DNA from: Octopus bimaculoides
Lineage: Eukaryota
Length of the DNA stretch: 37,673 nt
Assembly (NCBI RefSeq): GCF_001194135.2
Contig: NC_068996.1
Span: forward strand, 5,414,259-5,451,931
Direction of reading: 5' to 3'
The notes under the pieces were generated by a model that saw only the letters and a program-made list of their open reading frames with translations, was not told where the DNA came from and did no database searches. Shown piece after piece: positions 22,641 through 36,544 of this stretch. Position numbers and translations under genes: made by a program. Positions within the stretch are counted from its first letter, which is position 1, and each line of letters starts with the position of its first letter.

Positions 22641-23275
22641 NNNNNNNNNNNNNNNNNNNNNNNNNNNNNNNNNNNNNNNNNNNNNNNNNNNNNNNNNNNN
22701 NNNNNNNNNNNNNNNNNNNNNNNNNNNNNNNNNNNNNNNNNNNNNNNNNNNNNNNNNNNNNNNNNNNNNNNNNNNNNNNNNNNNNNNNNNNNNNNNNNNN
22801 NNNNNNNNNNNNNNNNNNNNNNNNNNNNNNNNNNNNNNNNNNNNNNNNNNNNNNNNNNNNNNNNNNNNNNNNNNNNNNNNNNNNNNNNNNNNNNNNNNNN
22901 NNNNNNNNNNNNNNNNNNNNNNNNNNNNNNNNNNNNNNNNNNNNNNNNNNNNNNNNNNNNNNNNNNNNNNNNNNNNNNNNNNNNNNNNNNNNNNNNNNNN
23001 NNNNNNNNNNNNNNNNNNNNNNNNNNNNNNNNNNNNNNNNNNNNNNNNNNNNNNNNNNNNNNNNNNNNNNNNNNNNNNNNNNNNNNNNNNNNNNNNNNNN
23101 NNNNNNNNNNNNNNNNNNNNNNNNNNNNNNNNNNNNNNNNNNNNNNNNNNNNNNNNNNNNNNNNNNNNNNNNNNNNNNNNNNNNNNNNNNNNNNNNNNNN
23201 NNNNNNNNNNNNNNNNNNNNNNNNNNNNNNNNNNNNNNNNNNNNNNNNNNNNNNNNNNNNNNNNNNNNNNNNNNN

Positions 23276-23324
<49 letters not shown>

Positions 23325-23357
23325 CATACATACATGAATATATACATATAAACAGAA

Positions 23358-23535
23358 ATACATACATACAGACACATACATACAGACACATACATACAGA
23401 CACATACATACAGGCACATACATACAGACACATACATACAGACACATACATACAGACACATACATACAGACACATACATACAGACACATACATACAGACA
23501 CATACATACAGACACATACATACAGACACATACAT
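23358..23535. repeat. 14-bp minisatellite (TACATACAGACACA)n
   Basis: About a dozen near-identical tandem units. Confidence 0.95.
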
Positions 23536-24339
23536 ACATGCAGACAGACAGAGAGACACAGACAGGCAGGCAAACAGAGAGACAGACACATAGCAACATG
23601 TATGATGTAAGTATCCATCTGTCTATCGTTTACACTTAAGTGCTGAATTGCAAATCTGTCGGTATCTGTGTTAGTGTCAATGTGAGAAGTCATGGCACGT
23701 TAGCTAGACAAATGCAAATCATACACTAATAGTTTACAGGTGTATCAAGGAAAGTTTGCCTCTCACTGCACATATTTATACACCTACTCTGGATTTTTCT
23801 ACTGCAGATTAGCCACCACCACCACCATCACCACCATCACCACCACCCCTCGCTTATGTAACTTGAATATAATTTTCGAATCGTTAAATATTACCCGCTT
23901 CTGATGAGAATCGTGTAGAACCGAAACATTATCAACTTTATAAATTAGGGTCACCAAATAAAGAATACGATCCACTTTTTGATGTAGTGAGTCATTTATT
24001 TTGTGCCTGTAAACTTGGCCTTAAGAAATTACACACGAGAATATATATATATATATATATATATATANNNNNNNNNNNNNNNNNNNNNNNNNNNNNNNNN
24101 NNNNNNNNNNNNNNNNNNNNNNNNNNNNNNNNNNNNNNNNNNNNNNNNNNNNNNNNNNNNNNNNNNNNNNNNNNNNNNNNNNNNNNNNNNNNNNNNNNNN
24201 NNNNNNNNNNNNNNNNNNNNNNNNNNNNNNNTATATACATGTATATATATACACATATAACGGCGGTGCATCAGCATGGCCGCAGCTCTAAGCTGAAACT
24301 ATATAAAAAAATATGTAACATACATACCTATATACATAC

Positions 24340-25157
24340 CTTAACTTCTCCTCCCACCTACCCCCACCAAGCTCTCCATCACCTGCTCCCAATTCCTCCG
24401 TCTGTGCAGGCTCTGCGGTGACAATCATGACTTTGAGACTCAGCCTCAACTCATGGCTTGCCATTTCATCCTCCGTGGATATCCTCTCACATTATCCACA
24501 CAGCCCTTGCCAGAGTACGTTCCGTGTACCATGCCTCTACTCTCTGTCCCCGCACCCCCCTCGCCGTTGCCCGTCTCCCGTTTCCCCTCACCTACCACTC
24601 CTCCACCCTGCCCCTCCAACGCACCATTCTCCGAGGCTTCCAGCGACTCCAGTCCTATCCCTTCACCTCGCACATATTTTCCAACCCACCCCTTCCCTCC
24701 TTCAAACGAGCCCACAACTTGCGTGACCTTCTGGTCCACAGTTTCTTCCCTAACCCTACCTTCCAACCTGACTCGTTCCCCTGCTCCCGCCCACACTGGC
24801 GCACTGCCCCTACTTCTCCAGCACCACCATCCTCACAGGCACCCATCAGTGTATCTATCATATCACCGACTCCTTTACTGCACCTTTAGTAACGTCATTT
24901 ACTGCACCTCCTGCTCTTTCTGTCCTTCTCTTTACATCGGTCACACGGGATACCACTTGGCTGACCGGTTGGGGCAATGACACCCGGTCTCGCGCCATTT
25001 CCGCTCTGCCGGTCATTCACTACAACACCTGTCTTCGTTTAGATTGTCTTTGCACAGGAGCCATCCGGACTCCCGCCTTCGCCGTGAACAAGAATTAATC
25101 TTCTCTCTTCGCTCCTTTGCGTCACATGGGATCAACTCCTCTCTTCTCTTCATCTGA
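24340..25157 (+). mobile_element. Penelope-like element 3' fragment: RT thumb/linker plus GIY-YIG endonuclease, frameshifted
   Basis: SQFLRLCRLC..HFILRGYP; PPLPSFKRAHNLRDLLVHS; VIYCTSCSFCPSLYIGHTG (GIY-YIG, 24894-24941); HPVSRHF; REQELIFSLRSFASHGIN. Confidence 0.93.
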
Positions 25158-26254
25158 CTCCCCTCCTCTCTCTCTCTCTTCCTCTAACACCTACTTCCTC
25201 TCTTCACTCCTACCCACCCCTCCTCTTCTCTCTTACTCTACAACCTACTGTCTCTCTTCACTCCTACCTACCTTCTCTCTTCATTGATACCCCCTCTGCC
25301 CACGACTCACACCCACACGCCCCACATCCACATACCCACCACAACACCACTACAGCTCCACCCCACAACCCATCCCACACCTACATCCCCAACCCACATC
25401 CTTACACGCTCACACTACATCACACTACCACACCACATTACACCATTAGACAGAACTCCATACACACTAGCATTAACCACTTCTCAGCACCGACACCACG
25501 TACCATCATCTGCACACTCACACACCATCATTCGCACACCCACACACAAACACATCCACACGTCGAAGTTACTAGCCCCTATATANNNNNNNNNNNNNNN
25601 NNNNNNNNNNNNNNNNNNNNNNNNNNNNNNNNNNNNNNNNNNNNNNNNNNNNNNNNNNNNNNNNNNNNNNNNNNNNNNNNNNNNNNNNNNNNNNNNNNNN
25701 NNNNNNNNNNNNNNNNNNNNNNNNNNNNNNNNNNNNNNNNNNNNNNNNNNNNNNNNNNNNNNNNNNNNNNNNNNNNNNNNNNNNNNNNNNNNNNNNNNNN
25801 NNNNNNNNNNNNNNNNNNNNNNNNNNNNNNNNNNNNNNNNNNNNNNNNNNNNNNNNNNNNNNNNNNNNNNNNNNNNNNNNNNNNNNNNNNNNNNNNNNNN
25901 NNNNNNNNNNNNNNNNNNNNNNNNNNNNNNNNNNNNNNNNNNNNNNNNNNNNNNNNNNNNNNNNNNNNNNNNNNNNNNNNNNNNNNNNNNNNNNNNNNNN
26001 NNNNNNNNNNNNNNNNNNNNNNNNNNNNNNNNNNNNNNNNNNNNNNNNNNNNNNNNNNNNATATATATATATATATACATATATATAATCCTCTAATACC
26101 GAAGTCTCATTTTTTGCTGTTACTTTTTATTATATATATATATATATAATTTTTATATTTCCTTTTTTATTCAAGAACAGCTTGATATATTGGTGAACAG
26201 TGGGTGTCGTTGGAGACCATAAAGTAAGATTAAAAATTATAGCTGAGAAGAAAA

Positions 26255-26446
26255 AACACCTACCTGTCGTGGAGAACCGTTACCACCTGAATATTCGAAA
26301 AGTGTTACCTGTGTCATGATGATTCGCGCCGCGTATCAAAATGCCAACGTCATGACTGCTGCTAAAAGCTCTGTGAACGCTGTAAAGGATATAAGATATG
26401 ACACGGACTTCATGGAAACTGCGATGGTGATCGGAGATCTACTTTG
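26255..26446 (+). mobile_element. Possible Tc1/mariner-superfamily transposase N-terminal remnant
   Basis: ...VMMIRAAYQNANVMTAAKSSVNAVKDIR resembles an HTH start I recall from octopus transposases; unverified. Confidence 0.3.
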
Positions 26447-26611
26447 AGAAAACTGTCATTTCTCAGACATAATCCAATCGATAGTTTTTGATTTTTTTAA
26501 ATACCTTTATTTTGGAATGGAATATTGTGTTTTGTAATTCTTTTATGCGAACTATGAAATTTAGCCTTGTGTGTGTGTGCGCGCGCACGCGTATAACTTG
26601 TGATTCATAGC

Positions 26612-26977
26612 TATTGGGTTGTCCGGAAAGTTCGTGCCGATTTATAGTAGCTTACCTTTCGACTTATTTTAGGAGATGGTTGAGTCCATAAAATAGGATT
26701 TGACTACACCTCCATTTAGAGCACAGTTTAAGCTATCTTTTCGTGGAAGAAGGTTTATGTTCCTATAACCTGTGTTAATTCGTTAACCCTTTAAAATGGA
26801 AAATAAGAAAGTTTGTTTTCGGCATTTGATGTTTTTCTTTTTCGGTAGAGAGAAAAATGCCTCACAAGCAACCAAAGAAATATGCGCAGTTTACGGTGAT
26901 GTTTCTTTATCCGAAAGAACTGTACGTAAATGCTTCGCAAGGTTCCGAGCTGGAGATTGTAGCCTTATTGATAAAGA
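26612..26977 (+). mobile_element. Mariner element 5' end (TIR plus transposase N-terminal HTH) running into a gap
   Basis: TA-TTGGGTTGTCCGGAAAGTTCGTGCCGATTT TIR; MENKKVCFRHLMFFFF..KNASQATKEICAVYGDVSLSERTVRKCFARFRAGDCSL is a typical mariner N-terminus. Confidence 0.92.
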
Positions 26978-27360
26978 NNNNNNNNNNNNNNNNNNNNNNN
27001 NNNNNNNNNNNNNNNNNNNNNNNNNNNNNNNNNNNNNNNNNNNNNNNNNNNNNNNNNNNNNNNNNNNNNNNNNNNNNNNNNNNNNNNNNNNNNNNNNNNN
27101 NNNNNNNNNNNNNNNNNNNNNNNNNNNNNNNNNNNNNNNNNNNNNNNNNNNNNNNNNNNNNNNNNNNNNNNNNNNNNNNNNNNNNNNNNNNNNNNNNNNN
27201 NNNNNNNNNNNNNNNNNNNNNNNNNNNNNNNNNNNNNNNNNNNNNNNNNNNNNNNNNNNNNNNNNNNNNNNNNNNNNNNNNNNNNNNNNNNNNNNNNNNN
27301 NNNNNNNNNNNNNNNNNNNNNNNNNNNNNNNNNNNNNNNNNNNNNNNNNNNNNNNNNNNN

Positions 27361-27361
27361 N

Positions 27362-27392
<31 letters not shown>

Positions 27393-27393
27393 C

Positions 27394-27452
<59 letters not shown>
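27361..27452. repeat. (AGAT)n microsatellite
   Basis: Direct reading. Confidence 0.95.
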
Positions 27453-27464
27453 TTATCTTTTATA

Positions 27465-27612
27465 ATCTTTTACTTGTTTCAGTCATTAGACTGCGGCCAT
27501 GCTGGAGCACCTCCTTGAAGAATTTTTAGTCGAAAAATCAACCTCTGTACTTATTATTTTTTTTATTTATTTAGCCTGCTATCACTATTTTTTTGCCGAA
27601 CCGTTATCGCCA
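27465..27612 (-). mobile_element. SINE family A 3' fragment (similar fragments at 32150-32290 and 33040-33075)
   Basis: cttgtttcagtcattagactgcggccatgctggagcacc matches the family A tail. Confidence 0.8.
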
Positions 27613-28295
27613 GCCTGTACAGAAATGACAAACTCAAGAACTCAAATGATTGTAGCAGATGCACAGGTGACGGGACATGCTCAGGAAACAAATCATAACT
27701 TTCAACGTTTTCGGCCAGATTTTTTTGCCTTGTTTTGTTTTTGTTTTTACTTTTTTGTGTTTTTACTCAGCGTCTATTATCTGCACATACTACGCCTGAA
27801 AACTGACAATGAGCAAATGCTGAACATTATTGCATATATATTTACCTCAACTTTTGTACTACGCCACCCCAAATATTTTGCTAATTGCGTAATAAATCAT
27901 TTTGACGTGTTTTTGCGCCTTTTGTTGTTGTTTTTGTGGATTTTTTTTTTTAGGGGACGTGATTTGTCTTCTTTCTTTGAATAATACATCAAAGTATGTC
28001 CCTTAGTATTTACCTCGGTCAACAGAAATGTTATTCCATACACTGGCCAAGGCTGTCTACAACTTCTCTTTTCTGACCATTAATAAAGCCCTTGTGTCTT
28101 CCGACATATAGCAAAGAAATTTTTTCTCTCTCGTTTTTCCATAAGGTGCATTCGGCTGTCATAAGCTCCAGCGAACGAAGGAAACATTTAAACGCTTTTT
28201 ATGTTTCTTAACTCAAACTTCCTATTCATTCCTTAACTTGGTGAAACACTTTCTTTTTATGGCTGCTATTGTTGTTATAATACACGTCATTTTAA

Positions 28296-28468
28296 GGCTG
28301 TCAGCTGGCAGAATCGTTATCGCGCCGGGGAAAATGCTTAGCGGCATTTCGTCCGTCTTTACCTTCTGAGGTCAACTTTTCCTTATCATCCTTTCGCTAT
28401 CAATAAAATAATTACCAGTTGAGCATTAATGGAGTCAATGTAACCGACTTACAGCCTCCCTCAAAATT
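28296..28468 (+). mobile_element. SINE family B with an internal deletion
   Basis: agctggcagaatcgtta.cgcgccgg..aaaatgcttagcggcatttcgtccgtcttta. Confidence 0.85.
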
Positions 28469-28679
28469 CTGTTTCTTGTTTATAAAAACATATTTGTTTA
28501 CGTTGAGACACTTTTGCTGTGGTGGAATTTTTTACACGCTGCAGCCATGTTACTTCAATGTTACTTATTTACGAGAGATAAAAAGGCTTTGTTTTTGTTT
28601 TTATGTTTTATTTTCGCCCCACAAACAGAGAAAAAAATACGGTCCAAATAATTGAATAAACTTAACATTTCTTATGCAG

Positions 28680-28692
28680 CAGTAACAAGAGC

Positions 28693-28726
<34 letters not shown>

Positions 28727-28793
28727 GTAGCAGCAGCAGCAGCAGTAGCAGCAGCAGCAGCAGTAGCAGCAGCAGCAGCAGTAGCAGTAGTTT

Positions 28794-28853
<60 letters not shown>
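28680..28853. repeat. (GCA/GTA)n compound trinucleotide repeat
   Basis: Direct reading. Confidence 0.95.
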
Positions 28854-28854
<1 letters not shown>

Positions 28855-29789
28855 TCCACATAAAACACTCAACGAATCCAACTCCTGTAAAGATCGATAT
28901 TACGTCTTTACAGGGCAGAAGCAACTACAACAACTTCAAAAACAAAACCAATATTAATATTTCAGAAAAAAATACTAATACCCCACCGTATATATTTGTT
29001 GTATTAAGAGACTGGATTTAACAAATATCGGGGTTTGGGCGAAGGAACATTTTTGCCGATGATTATGGTTAAGAAGCCATAAATTTGGTATTTGGGAAGG
29101 AATTCAAAGAATGTTATTTGCCGACGAATGTCATTGAATCGTAAAAAGATCAAATTTGATATTCGATTGGGAACCTCATATGTCACTCTACTTGCTAGAA
29201 ACAGCAGTTAAATTACTCACAATTCTCATTTTGCCATCTCCCTCGAAATGTAAATGTTACAATGTATCTGCAGATAACTTTAAAATAAAACAAAACAAAA
29301 AAAGGCTGGATGCTCACGACTGGAATGTCGGTCATCGTAAATCTGTTCATAATAGGCCTGTGCTAAACAACAATAACAGCAACAGAAACTCTAACAATAA
29401 CAACAGCAACAACAACTGTTCGATTGTGTGTTATAAAATTATTTCAATAAGGTTCATTCCGCTTTAGAAATAATCAATACTAATTAGAAAATATCAATAA
29501 TGATCAATAGACTAAAACAAATAATAAAAAAATAGAACCGTAGACGAGATCTAAATCTAAAAAAAAAAAATTCTTTGTATTTCCTTTTATCCCGAATTTG
29601 TTGTTTCTTGGCAGGAATTTGACACATTTTCATGATTTTTCTAAATTTGATTTTATAAATTCCTTAGAGAAGGAGGATGCTATCCACGGCCCCTGGGTGA
29701 AACTGTTTAGTCCAAAGTCATTTGCGATCGAGCAAAACTATTACTAAAGGTATTCTACCTGAGACTATCTTTTACCTGTTTTATTTATT

Positions 29790-30250
29790 AAGCTGTAGTC
29801 ATGCTGGAGCACCGCCTTGAAGAAGTTTTAGTTTTAATGAATCGACCCCCTCCCCACCTACTTGATTTTTCTCAAAGCCTTGTACTTATTCTGTCAGATC
29901 TTTTGCCGAATCGATAAGTTACGGGGACGAAAACACGCCAGCACCGGTTGTCAAGCTGTGGTAGGGGACAAGTATGGGGACAAGCATGGACACAACATAC
30001 ATACATACATACATACATACATACACACATACACACATACATACATATATACATATATACGTGTGGCTGTGTGTGTGAATTTACGACGGTCTTCTTTCAG
30101 TTTCTGTCTATGAAATCCACTCAGAAAGCTTTGATCGGCCCGAGGCAATGGTAGATGTCACTTGCCCAAGCTGCCATGCAGTGGAACTGAACCCGGAACA
30201 GTGTGATTGGGAAGCAAACTTCTTAAAACACAGCCAAGCCTACGACTATA
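29790..30250 (-). mobile_element. SINE family A, degenerate full length
   Basis: Colinear with 5255-5662. Confidence 0.85.
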
Positions 30251-32499
30251 CCATACTTTTTTTTTTCAGGTATATTATATCTAGGTGCCATACCAGAGCG
30301 GTGGATTGGCAAAAATGTTTAGAGCGATGGACGTCGTATCTTACGGGGACTGAACTATTCTTTGCTGCGTTTAAATCCCATGAAAATACTGATTGCCAGA
30401 GCTAATCCCCCAACTAAGGAAATCCTCTCCTTCACTCTTCACTTGCCGAGTGTGAGCAGGTAGGCTTACATCTAGCACAAATAAACCGGAAACGGCATGC
30501 TGGCACCTTAACAACAGCTGAATAGAGTGGATAGTGTGTCTAGGATTGCATTATTCAACGTAGCCTTTCTTAGTTGGAACGGGTGAATGTAAATGAAAGA
30601 CTGGTGAATGAAGGAAGATTTTGGCTGCTACATCCAGCAGGTTCAGTGACAACGCAGAAGTTTACTCGCTGGGTCGAGGCTGATCAGACAGAAGCGGGTA
30701 ATGCCCAGGCAGGAATGTCTGCAAAAAAATAAATGGGCGGGGTGAGACCCACGGTGCTAATCTGAACGCTTGCACCAGATTAATCTCTGCTAAAGACACC
30801 CACGGGCCAAGCGTTGGTAACAGTCTGGGCGGTATGTTAGACCTACCACCCAAGTTAGATCTATCGTCCAACTGAACATTTCTTCAACATTCGGCTAATC
30901 TAACGACGCCTGCTTTGGTTTGCCTTGCGTAATTCTAGAAGCTATTATGTATAGTGTATTTTCTAAGTGGTTTGTCACTTCTCATAAATTAAATTCCTTA
31001 AATAATTGAAACATATTTGTATTGAAATATCAACTTAAAAGAGACAAAAATGTCAAATGAGCTATTGAATATAATACGAAATATATTTGTCTAGGGATTA
31101 AAAGGGACCAATATGGTTTACAACATGCTTCAGTTCCATTAACATCTAGTGAACTTTTTCCGACCACGTTGGCAACAGCCTTCATTTCGGTAAATATTGA
31201 AAACGAATCTTACCTCATGATATAAATGACACATTCTTAATGCTGGGAATTTTCCTACCAAAATTCTTTTGCTATTATTCATTGATAATTATAGGCGCTA
31301 TATTTATCTTTCGCTTCCTATTTATTGATCTGAGAAAACACTCAGGAAGGCGAAGAGTTTTCAAGCAAAGATAATTTTTGTTTCGAAAATTTTCGTCAGC
31401 CATTATGGAACTGAATTTTCTTGTGAAACCTCTCACACTTGTTGGGCGAGTCATCAAACTGATGCTGATTCTGTTTCGGTTCTGTGCCCGTTTGATAAGT
31501 AACTGCGTCATTGTATAACTAGTAAAAAAGTTTTGTTAACTTTTAGTAGAGAATACTCTACGGACCAACAAGGGGCACTCGATCTGTTAGAAATATCAAC
31601 AAAATCTTATCTAAAGCGCCTCCCTCTTTGTCTTAAAAAAGAGATGCTATATGAGATAATATAATCTTAGTTATATTGTCTACTAGACGGAATGGTCATG
31701 GCTAGAATACATTGACCGTAGGTTTGCTCAATAAGCGTTGATCTGACCAGTTGTAATAGTTTCAGACAAAGTTTGATCTCCACCAAGTTTAATGTTCATA
31801 AAATTTTGCTACATGGCACCGAAGTTTATTCTGATAGTGTTCAGCATCCATCTGTTTAAGTTGCTTATACCTGTCCTTTTGAGATATAAAACAAAATCTA
31901 AATCTTAGCTGGGTGGTTAAGAATTTCTTAGCTTCTGCTCAACCAAAGACATGGGAGTAATTTGATTAATAGAAATCTGTAAAAGACTGTCGAAAGGAGA
32001 TAGGAAAGAAGTCTGGTATGAGATAGGAAAGAAGTCTTAAACATGGTATCCAGTCATTTCTGCTTTCATATTTACTTTTTAAAAATCTTGCATTCTGCAA
32101 TCGGCAAGTAAAATTAACGTTAATCATCTTTTTTATTTTCTTGTTTTATTCATTTCCTTGACTACGTCATGCTGGAGCACCGTCATGGAGGAATTAATCG
32201 AAAAAAAAAAACAACTCTTTCTTTTATACACTTTCACCGAACCACTAAGCTACGGGAAAGTAAACAAACCAGCACCGGTTGTCAGACTGTGTGGGAGAGT
32301 GAAAAACAATGATATACACGTATATATATAAATGTATATACGGAGCAAATAATTCACGAGAAAAAAATAATGCACGAAAAAATAATTTACGAAGATAACA
32401 TTGACTCTGTTAGTATCCCGTGTAACAATTCAAAAATGATAACAGAATCAATAATATAGGCGATTGTAAGCCCCAAAAAGTATTAAATATATATATATA

Positions 32500-32915
32500 G
32501 TATGTGGCTGTGTGATAAGTAGCTTGCTTTCCAACTACATGGTTCTTGGTTCAGTCCCACTGCATGGCACCTTAGGCAAGTGTCTTCTATTATAGCCTCG
32601 AGCCGACCAAAGCCTCGTGAGTGGATTTGGTAGACAGAAACTGAACGAAGCCCATCGCATATATGTATATATATGTATATATATGTATTATGTATGCATG
32701 TATGTATGTATGTATGTATGTTTACTTGTGTGTGTTTGTACCCGCACCATCGCTTGACAACCGATGCAGGTGTGTTTATGTCCTCGTAACTTAGTGGTTC
32801 GGCAAAAGAGACTGATAGAATAAGTACTAGGCTTACAAAGAATAAGTCCTGAGGTCGATTTGCTCGACTAAAGACGGTGCTCCAGCATGACTGCAGTCAA
32901 ATGACTGAAACAAAT
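32500..32915 (+). mobile_element. SINE family A, full length
   Basis: gtggctgtgtgataagtagcttgc...ggttcagtcccactgc...ggtgctccagcatgactgcagtcaaatgactgaaac. Confidence 0.92.
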
Positions 32916-32949
32916 AAAAAATATATATATATACACACACATATATATA

Positions 32950-33017
<68 letters not shown>

Positions 33018-33114
33018 CTGTTGTTATTTTATTAGTTTCAGTTGAAGAGCAGTAGCTATGCTGGAGCATCGCCAACCAGTATTGCTGCATCCTCGTTAAC
33101 CCTCTCTTGATAGT

Positions 33115-33900
33115 TGTCATTTGGTGAATGAGTACGTTTGACACTGCAACCGTCAATCCCTATTCCTTCCGTGAAGTTGGTTCATCTGGGACTCTTGACA
33201 GTAGGAGATCCAATTAAGTTTTGAGACTATCCACACCCACACCTTTTAGCTCTTTAAGCTACAGTGGGAGGATATTGAAGAGCTGTGGTCACTTTAATCC
33301 CAAGCTATTACAGTATCTGGTCCTGAATTTTGGCGACAGGGAAGGGATTTTAGATACCATGCAATGGCTCCCAAGCGTTTGTATAACTTTCAACACCAAA
33401 CTTTCAGAAAGTCTTTCCAGAATCTTTCAGATGTGTATTGCACCATATCTTTCCTACCTTCGTTCCGGGAAATAAGGTCTTAACCTCTTAGCTCTTGAGT
33501 CTTTTCCAGTAATTAATTTGCTGCGTTGAAGCTCTTTTTCGTGTAGCTTCAAGTGTCGCTTTAATTTCACACTGCATAGTGACCATAGATGAGAGCAATA
33601 TTCAAGATGGCTTAGGACAAAAGTCCTCCAGAGGACCATCATGGCTTCCTGCTTTCTTGCTCTGACTGTTCTAAGAATCCATTCTGTCAGATGTCTGCAT
33701 AACATTGCCACCTTAATAATATACACAACGAAGGAAAACTCACCATTCATGTCAATGCGCAGGTCACTAACTGATTGATTCTTGAACTCTGATCCCTCCA
33801 GGTCCAGTGTATTTTGTCTGCGTTGCATTGAACGTTGTCTGCTGATTGCGTAGGTAAAATGTAGGAAAGCGATGAAGCTTGGTTGTGAAAAATGATGTGT
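33115..33900 (-). pseudogene. CR1/L2-group LINE 3' remnant (RT C-terminal region) with stops and frameshifts
   Basis: SVSDLRIDMNGEFSF..IIKVAMLCR..EWILRT..LWRTFVLSHLEYCSHLWS..ERR*ERY..RYCNSL..PQLFNILP..LDLLLSRVPDEP. Confidence 0.85.
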
Positions 33901-36544
33901 GAAGTTGGCAAAATTTGAGTGAAATTGAAAAACACGGCTCAAGACAGAAGTATCTACAACAGGCCAGCGCATCCGTATGACACCAGAGTAAAATGCATCC
34001 CCAAAAGAATCAAAGACAAATTGAATTATAGTGCGCTTTGAACTAAGAATGAAATTCAATTCTACCAATAATTTATACCGGCGATCTAGTTCAGTCGTTT
34101 TAATATTGATAACATATAATTAATAAAAATGATCTTTATTTGTTGTTTTATAGCCTCGGTTCAACCTTTATCGAACAGTCCTGTGATTAATCGAATAGTC
34201 CTTTACTTGAATGCAGTGGATCTGAGACCACAATATTCAAAGTAATCTTCCTTTATTTTAAGATTGCAAGTGCGATTTATTTAGCTGGTATTTCTAACAG
34301 TCCAAGTGGCTCCTTAGAGGTTGCCCCGTGGGCTCGTTAACTGTAATTCTATTATTTTAAGTGGGGGTCATTTCTCTTTTAATCCATCACCCAATTAACC
34401 ACCACCTGGTATTTGTGTGTCTTTAGAGGAATCCGTTCTTATGCAAGCATTCGGACCAGCTCTTCTGCATAAAGACAATTATCTTTCTTTCTTCCACTAG
34501 CCTTAGAGGCTCTGAAAATGGCGTTGGGTGCTGCCTTCCTCCTCTAAGATAGACATTAATACGAGAAATTAGAGGCAAAAATGAAAGGATCTTGTGTCAA
34601 CTGAGGTAAAAGGTCGCGATGTCGATCATACTGGGAAATGTAGTTTATCGTTTTTGATATTCATACAGGTTCTCTAAATTTCATAAAGGAAATCAAGAGG
34701 TTGTGACGTTCATGCCTTGCCTAAAGAAATCACTGATGAGGGTGAAATGAGATACATCTGGGACTGAAACCTCGTTGACGTTGATTCGTCGAAAACTTAC
34801 TTCTTATTTATCCATGATAGTAACCTCGTTGAAAGGAAATATTTAAATGGAAAAAGAATTTCTAATAAAAATATTTTTGATTGCGTTACAGTTTTTTTTT
34901 TATTTCTTTTATATATCAATTTTTTTTTTCTTTTTCCCTCTCATGATCGTCTGGTTTAGAAGAAATTTATTTAAAATGTACACTCCCTAGATTATTGCAC
35001 TATTTTATTGACAAAAGAAAAACGTGTGTGTGTGTGCGTATATGATAAGTGATTGTGTGTCTGCGTCAGTGTGCCTTTGCGTGCGTTTGTGCGTGTGTGT
35101 GTGTGTGTGTGTGTGTTAGCAGTTTAATAAAAATTAAAGGGCTCAAATTTTAATACTGAAAAAAAGAACGAATAGAAAACATACAGAACGACCCTTTGGC
35201 GGCGGCCCTGTTAACAACCAACAATTTATTGTTATTGTTCAGATAGACGAGTTATCAAAAGCATTCCAACCGTGATCGTTGCATATGACATTTTTCACAC
35301 TTAACGAAACTGAAATTATATTATCTAACGTAACCTCTTTATATTTAAAACAATATGGTGTAGTTTTCACTTGAAGTAGATTTGTAACATGTCCGGACTC
35401 AGCACAGAGATTCACTGACCGCTTGTGTTGTTGTTGTTGTTGTTGTGGTTGAACCTCAGATCAGTACTGATGCAGAAGACATATGATTGAAAGCATCTAG
35501 CCGTGACCTCACCCCCGTCTTTTTATATGTATGTTGGATTACATCACCTGATGTATCTGTCAATATTGCCAACGAGACGGTGAATTGATAGAATCGCAAG
35601 TGTTAGCAGAATGTTATAGCATTTCTCACTTTGAGTTTAGATCCGTCCCAGATCAACTTCACCTTTCATCTTTTCAGAGACGATAAATAAAGTACTAGTA
35701 ATGAACCGAGGTCACAACCTCTCTCTCTCTCTTTCCTTTTCTCTCATGCACCTATAATTCAAATGATCCAGCCTCCTAATTATATCGTGTTATATTAAAA
35801 CGTAAAATGAAAACAGAACACAAAGGATTCCGCGGTACACGTGTTTCAAGCTTTATACACAATCTGTCATTACATCAGTATATATTGTTGATATAAAGGA
35901 TGGTTTAAAGCTATCTTCAGCCGCAAACATTTTCAGTTCCAAGATTACATCACAAAGAAAAAAGAATAAGAGAGAGAAAAAGGAAAAGTCGACTTAGTAT
36001 TATCCATTATGATAGGCTTATCCTTTAAATTGTTATATCTGCATAAATGTTCCTTGGTATTCAAAAATCGTGTTACGTTGATCCTCCTAAATATATGTTA
36101 AGCGTATACGTATTTCTGGTCTACTCTGCCACTTTCATTTCACCATATTGAATGTTCATCATCGAGGTCGACGGAGTATCCACAAATTAAGACAGTAACA
36201 TTTGAGGGAGAACTAGACACTATTTTTATAAAGTCGAGCGAACACATAGTGGTAGCCATGTTTGCTCGTGTTCGAATCGTTGTTTACTCGTTTAGTCCGA
36301 GTCCAACATAGATCGAATAGACTTATAACAAAGACATTACATCTGTGACCATACCATCTTTTTATAATGTATATATATAAACGAGTTAGCGTACATACGA
36401 AAGAAAAAGGCATTCAACACATTTAATAGGTGCTATATGTATTATTATTTAAAACAGTTGATTCGGCTCCAGGCAACTTCAGGTTTCGCGGGCTTCTTAC
36501 AGAAACGTAACTCATTCAGGCTCACATTAACGAATGGAGTGATA

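Noticed and set aside
23358-23535. Regular repeat array as a possible CRISPR
   Set aside because: Contiguous 14-bp units without spacers, in a eukaryotic context with no cas genes.
24418-24980. Overlapping Pro/Ser-rich ORFs
   Set aside because: Frameshifted pieces and alternative frames of the Penelope fragment.
27499-27984. 161-aa hydrophobic ORF
   Set aside because: Starts inside a SINE tail and runs through T-rich low-complexity sequence; no family signature.
30640-31520. GC-richer patch and 69/78-aa ORFs
   Set aside because: No recognisable motif or coherent splice frame; cannot be supported.
34733-34790. CTGATGAG...GAAAC hammerhead-like spacing
   Set aside because: Stem II does not close and no valid NUH/stem I register exists.
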